DNA from: an uncultured delta proteobacterium
GTDB taxonomy: Bacteria > Desulfobacterota > Binatia > HRBIN30 > BPIQ01
Direction: 5' to 3'
DNA length: 64,000 bases
Assembly (NCBI GenBank): GCA_963761335.1
Contig: CAVXGR010000025.1
Location: forward strand, 53,670-117,669
Shown: positions 20,001-29,837 of the stretch, one piece after another
Position numbering within the stretch: the stretch's first letter is position 1
Layout of the letters: each line of letters opens with the position of its first letter
Position numbers and translations under genes: made by a program
The notes under the pieces: model-generated
The model's database searches: none
Told to the model about the DNA's origin: nothing
The model's input: the letters and a program-made list of their open reading frames with translations, nothing else

Positions 20001-20886
20001 GGTTTGCGAGCGCCGCGGCGACGACCAGCGCCTGCGGCGCTATCGCCAGCACCGCCTCCGGCTGCAGGCGGCGATCGACGGATCGGCGTGGGATGGCCGT
20101 TGGTATCGCCGGGCCTACTACGACGACGGCACGCCTCTCGGCTCGGCCGAGAACGACGAGTGCCGCATCGACGCTCTGGCGCAGGCCTGGGCCGTGATCT
20201 CCGGCACCGCGCCTGCGGATCGAGCCCGGACGGCTCTCGACGCCGTCGAGGAGCTTCTCGTCTCCGAAGAGGCAGGCATCATTCGACTTCTCACGCCGCC
20301 GTTCGACACGACCGCGCACGACCCCGGCTACATCAAAGGATATCTGCCCGGCATCCGCGAGAACGGGGGCCAGTACACACACGCCGCCGTGTGGGTGGTG
20401 CGCGCCATGGCGGAGATCGGCCGGCGCGACCGAGCCGCGGAGCTCCTCGAACGCCTCGGCCCCGTGTGGCACGGCCGCAGCCGCGCCGCGGTCGCCGCAT
20501 ATCAGGTGGAGCCCTACGTGGTGGCGGCCGATATCTACGGCCTCGCGCCGCACCTCGGCCGCGGCGGCTGGACCTGGTACACCGGCTCGGCCGCGTGGAT
20601 GTACCGCGTCGCCCTCGAGTCGATCCTCGGGCTGACCCTGGAGGAGGGCAGGGCGCTGCGCCTGCGCCCGCGTTTTCCCGACTCCTGGCCGCGGGCGCGG
20701 CTGTCCTACACGCTCCCGGAGCAGACGACGAGATACGAGATCGAGCTGCTCAACCCGAGCGGCAACGCCGGCGACGTGCGGTCGGCCACCATCGACGGGG
20801 AGCCTGCGGAAATCGCCGCCGGCGTGGCGATCGTGCCGTTCCGCAGCGACGGTCAGGTGCACCGCGTCACCGTCGTCCTCGGGTAG
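17005..20886 (+). CDS. GH94 glycoside phosphorylase resembling the C-terminal region of cyclic beta-1,2-glucan synthase (Cgs/NdvB)
   Basis: Two tandem GH94 N-domains (LLSNGSY.., PWINVVAN..NSRENRLTPW); FYQSGGAFGFRDQLQD, GDWNDGMN and ENGGQYTHAAVW. Confidence 0.9.
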   Translation: MRAAAHLPRLDRLDDAAPHARLLSNGSYTVLISSAGTGLSTWGDTALTAWSGDRTEDGDGVFLYIRDLDDGRFWSATVQPVTAGFDSHGAAYADGCMRLSRTQCGVETQVDIAVAPHAPLEVRRLRLRNLGDRPRRLEVTTYAEVVLQQRAAHAAHPAFSKLFVETFFEPASELLLASRRPRSDGEPRRWMAQALLGPGSAQWESDRGRFLGRGRTPTDPLALSGDLSGSSGRVLDPVLAMRRRVSLAAGEAAELAAIIAAGDSRSGVRAAIAPLRSDPAGVGATFAAAAAAEGAVRSRLQLDERDAAYLQELAGAMLYGRAALRAAVRARRAPGTLDRSIYGLRSEALLVLAEIGAADAETLVPEIAAARAYWGARGVRIELIVLCDDPGLAATRLQACWQSVAEILPGATPGNIAVHGAAEVGAEARAKMRAAADLAIRHSFPILREPRRNRARGGQASGVPLSSAAAGGVSPQARPREDLLFDNGHGGFTADGREYVIHLDPRAPGGSRPPMPWINVVANEQFGSLLSESGARYTWSGNSRENRLTPWYNDPVSDPYGEALYLRDEESGALWSPLPGPSSAATAAEVRHGFGYSKWRQRCSDLDQEVTIFVPRADPLQIVHLHLTNLGEGPRRLSAFSYHRLVLGPQQSQSVRTEIDSEALLLLAVNPMNGAFSDRVAFAAAALSEGARCFLSGDRASFIGRNRRPANAALPSSGADLDGRSGADLDPCAALQVKLELLPAASVDVFFLFGQTESAAAARTLVERYRRPGVAAEALAGVRRFWQETLSAISVETPVRSLDLMLNGWLLYQALACRLWARSAFYQSGGAFGFRDQLQDSAALVYARPALMRAQIALHAAHQFTEGDVLHWWHPPDDRGTRTRFADDLLWMPYLAAFYARSTGDWGIFDETAAYVSARRLEPGEDEAYLRSSPSTETSDIYEHCCRAIDRSLALGAHGLPLMGTGDWNDGMNRVGREGRGESVWMAFFLHDVLVQFEPVCERRGDDQRLRRYRQHRLRLQAAIDGSAWDGRWYRRAYYDDGTPLGSAENDECRIDALAQAWAVISGTAPADRARTALDAVEELLVSEEAGIIRLLTPPFDTTAHDPGYIKGYLPGIRENGGQYTHAAVWVVRAMAEIGRRDRAAELLERLGPVWHGRSRAAVAAYQVEPYVVAADIYGLAPHLGRGGWTWYTGSAAWMYRVALESILGLTLEEGRALRLRPRFPDSWPRARLSYTLPEQTTRYEIELLNPSGNAGDVRSATIDGEPAEIAAGVAIVPFRSDGQVHRVTVVLG

Positions 20887-20936
20887 AGGGCGTCTCGGGG
20901 CAGCTCTTCGAAGCGTCGGCGTTGGTTGGGCCGCGG

Positions 20937-22031
<1,095 letters not shown>

Positions 22032-22192
22032 TGACGTCAGGGGCGATCCGGAGCTTCGGCTCCGGAGGCTCTCTCGAGACCTGGGCAAACCAGTTCCGCC
22101 GGTCCGTGGGCCACGTAGAAGCGGCTCTCGCCGCTTCGGAAAGCGCCGGGACGGCGCTTCTACTGGGGAAGATCCGATGATGTCCTACGCTC

Positions 22193-22500
22193 CGCCCCGT
22201 CAGGGGCGCCGGCACATGTCCCCGCGCCCCTGACGGGGCGCGCCTTGCGGCGTCGTCCGATCTTCCCCGGGTTACACCCGGGGCTACACGCCGGCGCCCC
22301 CTTCGGGGGCGAAGACATTCGGATCGCCGGGTTCCGACCGGGGTTGGATACCGGCGCCCCCTTCGGGGGCGAAGACATTCGGATCGCCGGGTTCCGACCG
22401 GGGTTGGATACCTGCGCCCCCTTCGGGGGCGAAGACATTCGGATCGCCGGGTTCCGACCGGGGTTGGATACCTGCGCCCCCTTCGGGGGCAAGGACATTC
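22193..22500. repeat. REP/BIME-like palindromic cluster with ~3.5 tandem 60-bp units (22291-22500)
   Basis: Unit cc(g/t)gcgcccccttcgggggcgaagacattcggatcgccgggttccgaccggggttggata; flanking hairpins cgccccgtcaggggcg, gcgcccctgacggggcgc and ccccgggttacacccggggctac. Confidence 0.85.
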
Positions 22501-22541
22501 GCACCGCCCTGTTTCGAGCGGGGCTGCAGGCCTGCGGTTTC

Positions 22542-24593
22542 TCATTCGAAGAAGTTCTCTTCGCCGATGAGCGGCAGAGCCGCGGCGGCGATCGGGTCGG
22601 CGGCGAAGTACTTCTGGATGCAGCCGTCGCGCAGATAGTTGGCGGCGGAAATCAGGACCATCGACTGGTCGAGGGCTATGTATTCGAAGGCGACCTCTCC
22701 GGTGAGCGGATTCACGGCGTCATAGAAACCATAGTCGCCGTAGATGTCATAGAGCTCGAGCATGCGCCGCAGATCGGCGACTGCCGCCTCCGGGGTGACG
22801 TTCAGGGCAAGGGCGGCGGCGTAGGGCGCCACCGCCCCGGCCCCGTAGCCGAGGGAACCGAGGACCTTCACCCCGTACTCGCCGTAGCCGTGGCCGCTGG
22901 GCGTGGCGCTGGGCGACATTCCCCACACCTCGTAGCCAAGCTCCTCGAGCGCGTAGCGTTTCTGCACCTCGGCGTGCACGCGGTCGTTGATGCCCAGGCT
23001 CTGTGGAGCGTAGCGCTGCTCGTCGAGGACCAGGAGCGGCATCAGTGCCTCGAACATGCTCCCTCCCCAGGAGGGCACGAAGTCGATCCCCTTCCACCGG
23101 TAGTAGCCACCGGTGAGGCGATAGCCGTTGATGCTCTTCGCGTGGCGATGCACAGGGGTCATGGTCTGCCAGCTGCGTTGCGGCGGAAAGGTGCGCACCA
23201 GATGGAACCAGTGCTCCGGCGGCACGTCGCCCTTGCCGATGGCGATCAGACTGCCGATGCGCGCCTCGGTGTAGAGGGCGCCGTAATGATACTCCGAGCG
23301 CGTCGGCACGTTGATGTAGTACCCGTGCGACATCTGCTCCTGCACCTCGTCGTAGAAGAAGCCGTAGTTGCCGCGCGCGATCAATGTGGAGCACGCCGGC
23401 GCCACCTCGGGAAAGGCGGAGCGCGCCACCAGCAGGCCGGCGGTGAGCCAGGAGGAGTCGACGAACGACAGGAAGTTGCTGGTCCGCTCGAGAGTGGTGG
23501 TGTCGTAGTAGTTGAAGAAGAAGCCGGCGAAGGTCTCCATCTGCCCGAGGGTGCGCAGTGTCCTCTCGAGGCGAGTCACCGCTTCCGGCCGCGGGATGAA
23601 GCCGAGCTCGTACGCCGAGACCACCGCCATCAGGTGCAGGCCGATGTTGGTGACGTTGGTGTAGTCGCCGATCTCCGACTGCGCCGGGTCGAGAGAGGTC
23701 GCCAGCCGCAGGTGGTCGATCGGCAAGCCGTTGTCCCGGTGCGTGAGGGCGTCGAGTCCCCTCCAGGTGTCGCGCGCCATGCGCAGCAGAAGCTCGCGAT
23801 CGTCCGCCGGCATCTCCGCCTGTGGGGTCAGCAGCCGCGAGGGCCAGCCGGAGAGTGAGGCGCGGATCCGCGCGCCAGCCGCCGCCGCGCCGCCGAGCGT
23901 CTGCTCCCACTCCTGCTTGCGCGCCGCGACGACGCGATCGCCGATCCTCGGGCTCGGACGCCCGGTTCTCCACAGCTCGATGTCGTCGATCAGGTACGTT
24001 CCCCGGCGCGTCGTGACTCGCCGCGGCTCGAAGCTGAAGAAGAAGTCGCTGAGGTGCGTCCATTCGGCGATGCCGCTCATACGGTTCAGCGGCACCACCA
24101 CCTGCTGCCATTCCGAGGATACGCCGGTCACCACGGCGCTGCCGGTCTCGATCAGGTCCCGCGTGCCGGGCTGCGGCCGCCGAAAGCCAACCTTGAAGCG
24201 GGGGCTGAAGCCGTCCTCGGCATCGCCTTTCACCCAGAAGGCGAGATGGTCGTAACCCGAGGCGTCGAGGTCATCGAGGAGGATGCGCAGCCCGATCGCC
24301 TCGGTTGTCTGCGGCCCGAGGACATAGTGGAGGCGCAGCGAGCTCCCCGCCGTTCCCGGCCGGGTTCCCGGATCCATGCGGATCTCGATGCGGGAATCGG
24401 GAGTCTCGGCACGATCGGCGGGAATACTGCGGTAGCGATCCGGTGACTCCATGCCGTGCACCTCGAAGTCGTCGAGCACCAGGCGCTGCAGAACCGCGTT
24501 CGGAGTGGACAGGGGAGTGGGTTCATCGGCGCCCGCCGCCGCGGCGCACAGCGCCGCCAGCAGCAAGCAGGCCAACAACGTGGAGCGACTCAC
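22542..24593 (-). CDS. Secreted glucoamylase-like (PF10091/DUF3131-type) beta-glucan hydrolase/transglycosylase with an N-terminal carbohydrate-binding-like domain
   Basis: Signal peptide; YTNVTNIGL, GFFFNYYDT, SFVDSSWL, TEARIGS, SWGGSMFEALMP and YGFYDAVNP. Confidence 0.82.
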   Translation of the reverse strand: MSRSTLLACLLLAALCAAAAGADEPTPLSTPNAVLQRLVLDDFEVHGMESPDRYRSIPADRAETPDSRIEIRMDPGTRPGTAGSSLRLHYVLGPQTTEAIGLRILLDDLDASGYDHLAFWVKGDAEDGFSPRFKVGFRRPQPGTRDLIETGSAVVTGVSSEWQQVVVPLNRMSGIAEWTHLSDFFFSFEPRRVTTRRGTYLIDDIELWRTGRPSPRIGDRVVAARKQEWEQTLGGAAAAGARIRASLSGWPSRLLTPQAEMPADDRELLLRMARDTWRGLDALTHRDNGLPIDHLRLATSLDPAQSEIGDYTNVTNIGLHLMAVVSAYELGFIPRPEAVTRLERTLRTLGQMETFAGFFFNYYDTTTLERTSNFLSFVDSSWLTAGLLVARSAFPEVAPACSTLIARGNYGFFYDEVQEQMSHGYYINVPTRSEYHYGALYTEARIGSLIAIGKGDVPPEHWFHLVRTFPPQRSWQTMTPVHRHAKSINGYRLTGGYYRWKGIDFVPSWGGSMFEALMPLLVLDEQRYAPQSLGINDRVHAEVQKRYALEELGYEVWGMSPSATPSGHGYGEYGVKVLGSLGYGAGAVAPYAAALALNVTPEAAVADLRRMLELYDIYGDYGFYDAVNPLTGEVAFEYIALDQSMVLISAANYLRDGCIQKYFAADPIAAAALPLIGEENFFE

Positions 24594-24618
24594 GATACCT
24601 CCGGCGGATTCCCGCGGC

Positions 24619-26172
24619 TCATGTGAAGCGCTTGATCTGCCGCCACGCGTCGGGAAGCGGCAGCCGCAGATCGCGGCAGACGTACACGGGCAGGTTGGTT
24701 TCGAGGGGCATCGCCCACGGCGACTCGACGACTGCCGCCTTCTCGACCGATCGGAAGTACCGCTCGAGGTCCTCTCGCGGTATGCCCACGGCGATCGCCA
24801 GCGAGCCGTCGGTGCCCCCCGGTCCCCAGAGCCAGTAGTTGTTGTGCGGTGAGATGGCCCGGGGCAAGCCGTCGCCTGCCCCGAAGAAATCGATGGCGCC
24901 CGCCTCGCCGTAGTTGCCGGCGAGAATCGCGGCGCGGGAGCGCTCGGGCGGCGGCAGAGAGGCATAGACGCCGGCCACGACTTCCACCAGGTGCGGCCAG
25001 CCGAAGCGGTCGGCGAAGATCTGCGGCAGCGCACCGAGCGGGCTGCGCTCCTCCCGGGGAGGACCGATGCCGATGAAGCGCAGATACCCCGCCAGCGCCC
25101 GGGGCGGCAGCACGGGCAGGGCGAGCGGGGCCACGGCGATGCCGCCGATGCTCAACCAGAGGGCCGCGGCGGCCGGCAACCAGCGCCAACGGCGCGCGGC
25201 CAGGCGCTCGACCAGGACACCTCCCGCTGCCAGCAGCGGCGGGTAGGCGGGAAAGAGATAGTAGGGCTTGCCGTGCTGCGCCATGAGCAGTGCCAGGACG
25301 AAGAGATAGGCAAGCCCGAGGGCGCGATAGGGCCGCAGCGCTGCCGAGAAGAGCAGGGCGCCGAGCCCGGCGATCCACAGCGGCGCCACCAGCGGGTTGC
25401 TGTCGATCAGCTGCGCCCCGATGAAGGTGCCCGGCGACATCGGCATATTCTTGTACAGCATGGCGTTGTGCATGAACTCGAGCGTGGGAAAGCCATGGGC
25501 CGCCTGCCACAGCAGATGGGGTAGGAAGAGCAGGGCGGCGAGCGCCCCGCCGGCGACGAGCCAGCGACTCCACAGAAGCCGCCGCTGCGGTGTGAGCAGC
25601 AGGCCGGCGAGCAAGCCGGTCGAAAAGAAAGCGACGCTGATCTTGTTGAGCAGCCCGAGGCCCATGAGCGCCCCGAACGCCAGCCACAGGCGATCGTCGC
25701 CGGTGCAGAGCATGCGCGCGGCCAGCAGTGCCCCGGCGACCCAGAAGAGCATGTCGAAGGCGTTCATCGAGAAGAAGCTGAAGATCGCCAGCGTCGCCGC
25801 GGTGAACAGCCAGCCGAGAGCCGCGAGCCACTGCGCCGCCCGCCCCCCACCCATCTGGCGCGCCAGCAGACCGGTGAGAAACACACAGGCGCCGGCGGCG
25901 AGCGCCACCGGAAGGCGGATGGCCGAGATCGAATCCCCGAGCAGAGCCCGCGTCAGCGCCAGCACCGCGATCGACAGGGGTGGGTGGTCGACGTAGCCCC
26001 ACGCCAGATGGTCGCTGCAAGCGATGTAGTAGAGCTCGTCGCGGAAGTAGCCGTAGGTGCCGTTGGTGAGCAGGTGGACGGCGACCGCGGCGAGCGCCAG
26101 CAGCAGCAGGCCGCCGGTGGGGCTCTGCCATCGGGGCCGCGCGCGCTCGGGCACGGCGGAGGCGGCAGGCAC
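24619..26172 (-). CDS. GT-C fold membrane glycosyltransferase (family 39/PMT_2-like)
   Basis: YFRDELYY..LAWGYVDHPP, many TM helices, NYGEAGA and HNNYWLWGP. Confidence 0.85.
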   Translation of the reverse strand: MPAASAVPERARPRWQSPTGGLLLLALAAVAVHLLTNGTYGYFRDELYYIACSDHLAWGYVDHPPLSIAVLALTRALLGDSISAIRLPVALAAGACVFLTGLLARQMGGGRAAQWLAALGWLFTAATLAIFSFFSMNAFDMLFWVAGALLAARMLCTGDDRLWLAFGALMGLGLLNKISVAFFSTGLLAGLLLTPQRRLLWSRWLVAGGALAALLFLPHLLWQAAHGFPTLEFMHNAMLYKNMPMSPGTFIGAQLIDSNPLVAPLWIAGLGALLFSAALRPYRALGLAYLFVLALLMAQHGKPYYLFPAYPPLLAAGGVLVERLAARRWRWLPAAAALWLSIGGIAVAPLALPVLPPRALAGYLRFIGIGPPREERSPLGALPQIFADRFGWPHLVEVVAGVYASLPPPERSRAAILAGNYGEAGAIDFFGAGDGLPRAISPHNNYWLWGPGGTDGSLAIAVGIPREDLERYFRSVEKAAVVESPWAMPLETNLPVYVCRDLRLPLPDAWRQIKRFT

Positions 26173-26178
26173 GCGAGC

Positions 26179-27546
26179 TCAGGCCCCGACGCTGGGAAGG
26201 CCGGCGAGCGCCATCGCCACCTCGGCGTCCGGATACTCGTAATTGCGCAGCTTGCCGGCGAAGAAGTCCATGTACGCCTGCATATCGAAATGGCCGTGGC
26301 CGCAGAGGTTGAAGAGAATGGCGCGGCTCACGCCTTCCTCCTTGCAGCGCACGGCCTCGCGCAGGGCGCCGGCGACGGCGTGATTGGCCTCCGGCGCCGG
26401 CAGGATGCCCTCGGCGCGGGCGAAGGCGACCCCGGCCTCGAAGGCCTCGAGCTGCTGCACCGCCGTGGGCTCCACCTGGCCGAGTGCCGTGACATGGCTC
26501 ACCAACGGCGCCATGCCGTGGTAGCGCAGACCGCCGGAGTGGATGCTCGGCGGCACGAAGCGGCTGCCGAGGGTATGCATCTTCATGAGCGGCGTCAGGT
26601 GCGCCGTGTCGCCGAAATCGTACGCGTAGCGCCCGCGCGTCAGGCTGGGACAGGCGGCCGGCTCGACGGCGACCACGCGCACTGCGGACTCGCCGCGCAG
26701 CTTGCGGCCGAGAAAGGGGAAGGCGAGACCGGCGAAGTTCGAGCCGCCGCCGGTGCAGGCGACGATGACGTCGGGCTCGTCCTCCGCCATCTCCATCTGC
26801 TTTTGCGCCTCGAGGCCGATCACCGTCTGATGCAGCAGAACGTGGTTGAGAACGCTTCCGAGACTGTACTTGGTGCGCTCGTCCTGGGCGGCGACCTCCA
26901 CCGCCTCGGAGATGGCCATGCCGAGCGATCCGCTGCATTCCGGATCCTCGCCGAGAATCGCCCGCCCCGCCGCCGTGGTCGGGCTCGGGCTGGCGATCAC
27001 CTCGGCGCCGTAGGTTTCGATCAGGGCGCGGCGATAGGGCTTCTGGTCGTAGCTGACGCGCACCATGAAGACGGTGCACTCCAGACCGAAGAAGCCACAG
27101 GCCATCGCCAGCGCCGAGCCCCACTGGCCGGCGCCGGTCTCGGTGGCCAGGCGGGTGATGCCCTCGCACTTGTTGTAGTAGGCCTGCGGCACCGAGGTGT
27201 TGGGCTTGTGCGAGCCGACCGGGCTGACACCCTCGTACTTGTAGTAGATGCGCGCCGGGGTATCGAGCCATTGCTCGAGTCGGCGGGCGCGGAAGAGCGG
27301 TGTCGGCCGCCACATGCGGTAGATATTGCGCACCTCGCCGGGAATCTCGACGTCGCGGGCAACACTGGCCTCCTGATGGATCAGCGCCTGCGGAAAGAGC
27401 GGCGCCAGGTCGGCCGGACCGATGGGCGCACCCGTACCCGGATGAAGAACCGGCGGCGGCGCCTCCGGGAGATCCGCCGCGATGTTGTACCAGGTCTGCG
27501 GAATGTCGTCCTCTCCGAGGAGGAACTTGGTTCGCTCGCGCGCCAT
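26179..27546 (-). CDS. trpB2: TrpB-like PLP enzyme (tryptophan synthase beta type 2)
   Basis: GSHKPN (PLP Lys), [27 protein letters not shown] and LCGHGHFD; no trpA adjacent. Confidence 0.93.
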   Translation of the reverse strand: MARERTKFLLGEDDIPQTWYNIAADLPEAPPPVLHPGTGAPIGPADLAPLFPQALIHQEASVARDVEIPGEVRNIYRMWRPTPLFRARRLEQWLDTPARIYYKYEGVSPVGSHKPNTSVPQAYYNKCEGITRLATETGAGQWGSALAMACGFFGLECTVFMVRVSYDQKPYRRALIETYGAEVIASPSPTTAAGRAILGEDPECSGSLGMAISEAVEVAAQDERTKYSLGSVLNHVLLHQTVIGLEAQKQMEMAEDEPDVIVACTGGGSNFAGLAFPFLGRKLRGESAVRVVAVEPAACPSLTRGRYAYDFGDTAHLTPLMKMHTLGSRFVPPSIHSGGLRYHGMAPLVSHVTALGQVEPTAVQQLEAFEAGVAFARAEGILPAPEANHAVAGALREAVRCKEEGVSRAILFNLCGHGHFDMQAYMDFFAGKLRNYEYPDAEVAMALAGLPSVGA

Positions 27547-27630
27547 GGGCAGCTCCTGGGCCTGAGTAGCAGATCGCTGCCGCAAGCGGAAATCACCGCT
27601 CCGGTTGCGCGGCGGCCGAAGAGATCGGTC

Positions 27631-27670
27631 CCCTCAGCCTGGCCCTCTTCAGGCAATGCGGGAGAGGGGA
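27631..27670. repeat. Dispersed intergenic palindromic repeat (ccctca..ccctct..gggagagggg family)
   Basis: Similar to the copies at 31205-31350. Confidence 0.55.
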
Positions 27671-27691
27671 CCCGAGCTCGCGGCGCCGCTC

Positions 27692-28573
27692 TCACTGCTC
27701 CAGGAAGCGGTAGGCGTCGAGATTTCCGAGGGTCAGGTCCGTGGCCATCGGGGTGATGCTGGCGAAGCCGTTCTGCAACGCCTGGACATCGTTGGACGGG
27801 TCGGCGAGCGTCGAGGTGCAGTCGGTGGACAGTACGCTGGAGCTCTCCACCACCGGCAGATAGGTGGACGTCGTGCCGCTCTCCGAGGTCAGGGTATAGT
27901 CGACGATCTGCGAGGAGCGGCCGATCGGCACCACGCGAATGCCGCGCATGGAGCCGGAGCTGCAGCTGGGAAAGTTGACGTTCAGCACCACGGCCTGGCC
28001 GGGGCGGCTGCCGGCGCTCATCGCCTGCTGAAAGCTGCCGTCGGTGCGCAGCCGCTCCACCGTGTCGGCGGTGAAGCGCGCCGCCGGACCGTAGTCGTTT
28101 GGGATCAGGCCGAGACTGACGGCGATGGCCGGGATGCCAAGGCGAGCGGCCCAGAGCGCCGCGCCCACCGTCCCGGAGATGTCGATCAGCTCGCCGATGT
28201 TTTGGCCGGCGTTGATCCCGGAGACGACGACGTCAGGGCGTGAGGGAAGCCCTTTGAGAACGCCGAAGAGGACGCAGTCCGCCGGGAACCCGGAAAGGGC
28301 GGTGGCCTCGAAGCCGGCGGCCGTCTCCGCCATGGTCGCGTCGATAGAGTTCTGCGTCGTCTGCTGGCCCGAGCCGCTGCGGTTCTGCGCCGGGGCGATG
28401 ACCGACACCTCCAGCTGCGGGTTCTTGGCCAGCTCCTCGACCACGGCCGAGATGCCGGGAGCCCCGACACCGTCGTCGTTGGTCACCAGCACCCGCAGGG
28501 TCGGCTCCGCATGGCCGCCGTCGCAGGCGGCGAGAACGAAAATCATCAGGGCAAACGGCGCAAGTCGTCTCAT
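27692..28573 (-). CDS. surE: 5'/3'-nucleotidase SurE with a lipoprotein-type signal peptide
   Basis: LVTNDDG, APAQNRSGSG, SGINAGQN and SGTVGAA; N-terminal MRRLAPFALMIFVLAAC. Confidence 0.9.
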   Translation of the reverse strand: MRRLAPFALMIFVLAACDGGHAEPTLRVLVTNDDGVGAPGISAVVEELAKNPQLEVSVIAPAQNRSGSGQQTTQNSIDATMAETAAGFEATALSGFPADCVLFGVLKGLPSRPDVVVSGINAGQNIGELIDISGTVGAALWAARLGIPAIAVSLGLIPNDYGPAARFTADTVERLRTDGSFQQAMSAGSRPGQAVVLNVNFPSCSSGSMRGIRVVPIGRSSQIVDYTLTSESGTTSTYLPVVESSSVLSTDCTSTLADPSNDVQALQNGFASITPMATDLTLGNLDAYRFLEQ

Positions 28574-28627
28574 TATCGCACCCCCTCGGAGAGAATGACG
28601 CAGGCCTACGGCCTGTGGCCGCCGCCG

Positions 28628-29827
28628 TCAAGACGAGATTGCGTTTGCCGCGGTGTACAGCGGTCGTGGAAAGCGAAAGAGCAGGGCGGCGAGGACGATC
28701 ATGGTGGCCGCCGCGGCGGCATAGAAGGCCATGCCTGCAATCACTCCGGCCGCATCGCTCACCGCGGACATCGTCCACGGGATGGCAATGCCGCCGACGC
28801 CGGCACCGGCCACCAGCAAGCTGGTGGCGCGCGCCGCGTTGTGCGGGTGATGCCGGCCTCCGAGAGCGATGGTGGCCGGGAAGATGCCGGAGAGCCCCGC
28901 ACCGGCGATCGCGAAGATGACGGTCGCGCTTGCGGCACTTCCGGCGAGAAGCGTTCCCGCCAGAGACGCCGTGGCCGCGATCGTCAGGACGAGCAGCAGC
29001 GTCTCCTCGCGAATTCGATGCGCGAAGACGCTGAGGGCGAGGCGTCCCGCAGCGAGCCCGAGCCAGTAGAGCGACAGCGCCGTGCCGGCGGATGCCAGCG
29101 TGGCTCCGCGCGCCGTCACCAGATACTTGGTCAGCCAGGTGCCGACACCGACCTCCACGCCCACGTATACGCCCAGCAACATCGCCAGGACGGTCACCGG
29201 GGCAGGCCGCAGGCGGGCCTCGCCGGCCGCCGCCGCAGGCATGCTTTCGTTGGCGAGCCGCAGCCGCATCCAGCCGGCGCTCACCAGCGCCGTGGCGCCG
29301 CCGGTGAGCAAGAACGGTAGCCGCCACGAGACCCCGGCGGCGACGGCATGGGTGGCCAGGGCCGGGGTCACGAAACAGCCGACCCCGAAGAACAGATGGG
29401 CGAAGTTCAGCAGGTTGGAGCTGCGGGCGCCGCCAACGCGAATGAGGATGGTGTTGATGCCGACCTCCATGACGCCGAAGCCGATACCACTGACGAAGAG
29501 CATCGCGGCGCCGGCAAACGGGTTGGAGATCAGGCCAAATCCCGCGATGCCGGCAGCGAAGGTGAAGACCGCGGCGCTCAGGACGCGGCGCGGCGGCAGC
29601 TGCTCCAGGAGTCGCCCGGAGCCGAGCACTGCCAGCAAGTAGGCGATCGGCTGAAAGGCGAGCATCGACCCGGCCTCTACCGGGCGCATGCCGAAGCGTT
29701 CCAACAGCAGAGGCAGGAGCGCCCCAGGCAGAGTGCTGGCGGCGCCGATGGCAGCGAAGGAGGCAGAAGCCAGTCCGACGGCGAGCGCCGTGCTCGACAC
29801 CGGAGCTCCGGAGTCCGGCGTGCTCAC
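28628..29827 (-). CDS. MFS transporter (FucP/TsgA-like)
   Basis: About 12 hydrophobic helices; HLFFGVG and YVGVEVGVGTW. Confidence 0.85.
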   Translation of the reverse strand: MSTPDSGAPVSSTALAVGLASASFAAIGAASTLPGALLPLLLERFGMRPVEAGSMLAFQPIAYLLAVLGSGRLLEQLPPRRVLSAAVFTFAAGIAGFGLISNPFAGAAMLFVSGIGFGVMEVGINTILIRVGGARSSNLLNFAHLFFGVGCFVTPALATHAVAAGVSWRLPFLLTGGATALVSAGWMRLRLANESMPAAAAGEARLRPAPVTVLAMLLGVYVGVEVGVGTWLTKYLVTARGATLASAGTALSLYWLGLAAGRLALSVFAHRIREETLLLVLTIAATASLAGTLLAGSAASATVIFAIAGAGLSGIFPATIALGGRHHPHNAARATSLLVAGAGVGGIAIPWTMSAVSDAAGVIAGMAFYAAAAATMIVLAALLFRFPRPLYTAANAISS

Positions 29828-29837
29828 CGCCGGCTGC

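Noticed and set aside
22291..22500. Possible CRISPR array
   Set aside because: Units are near-identical over all 60 bp with no unique spacers and no cas genes; fits REP/BIME.
24590..27756. Long shadow ORFs (907 aa minus, 590 aa plus) and similar antisense ORFs throughout the window
   Set aside because: They overlap well-supported genes, have no motifs, and show composition typical of GC-rich off-frame translation.
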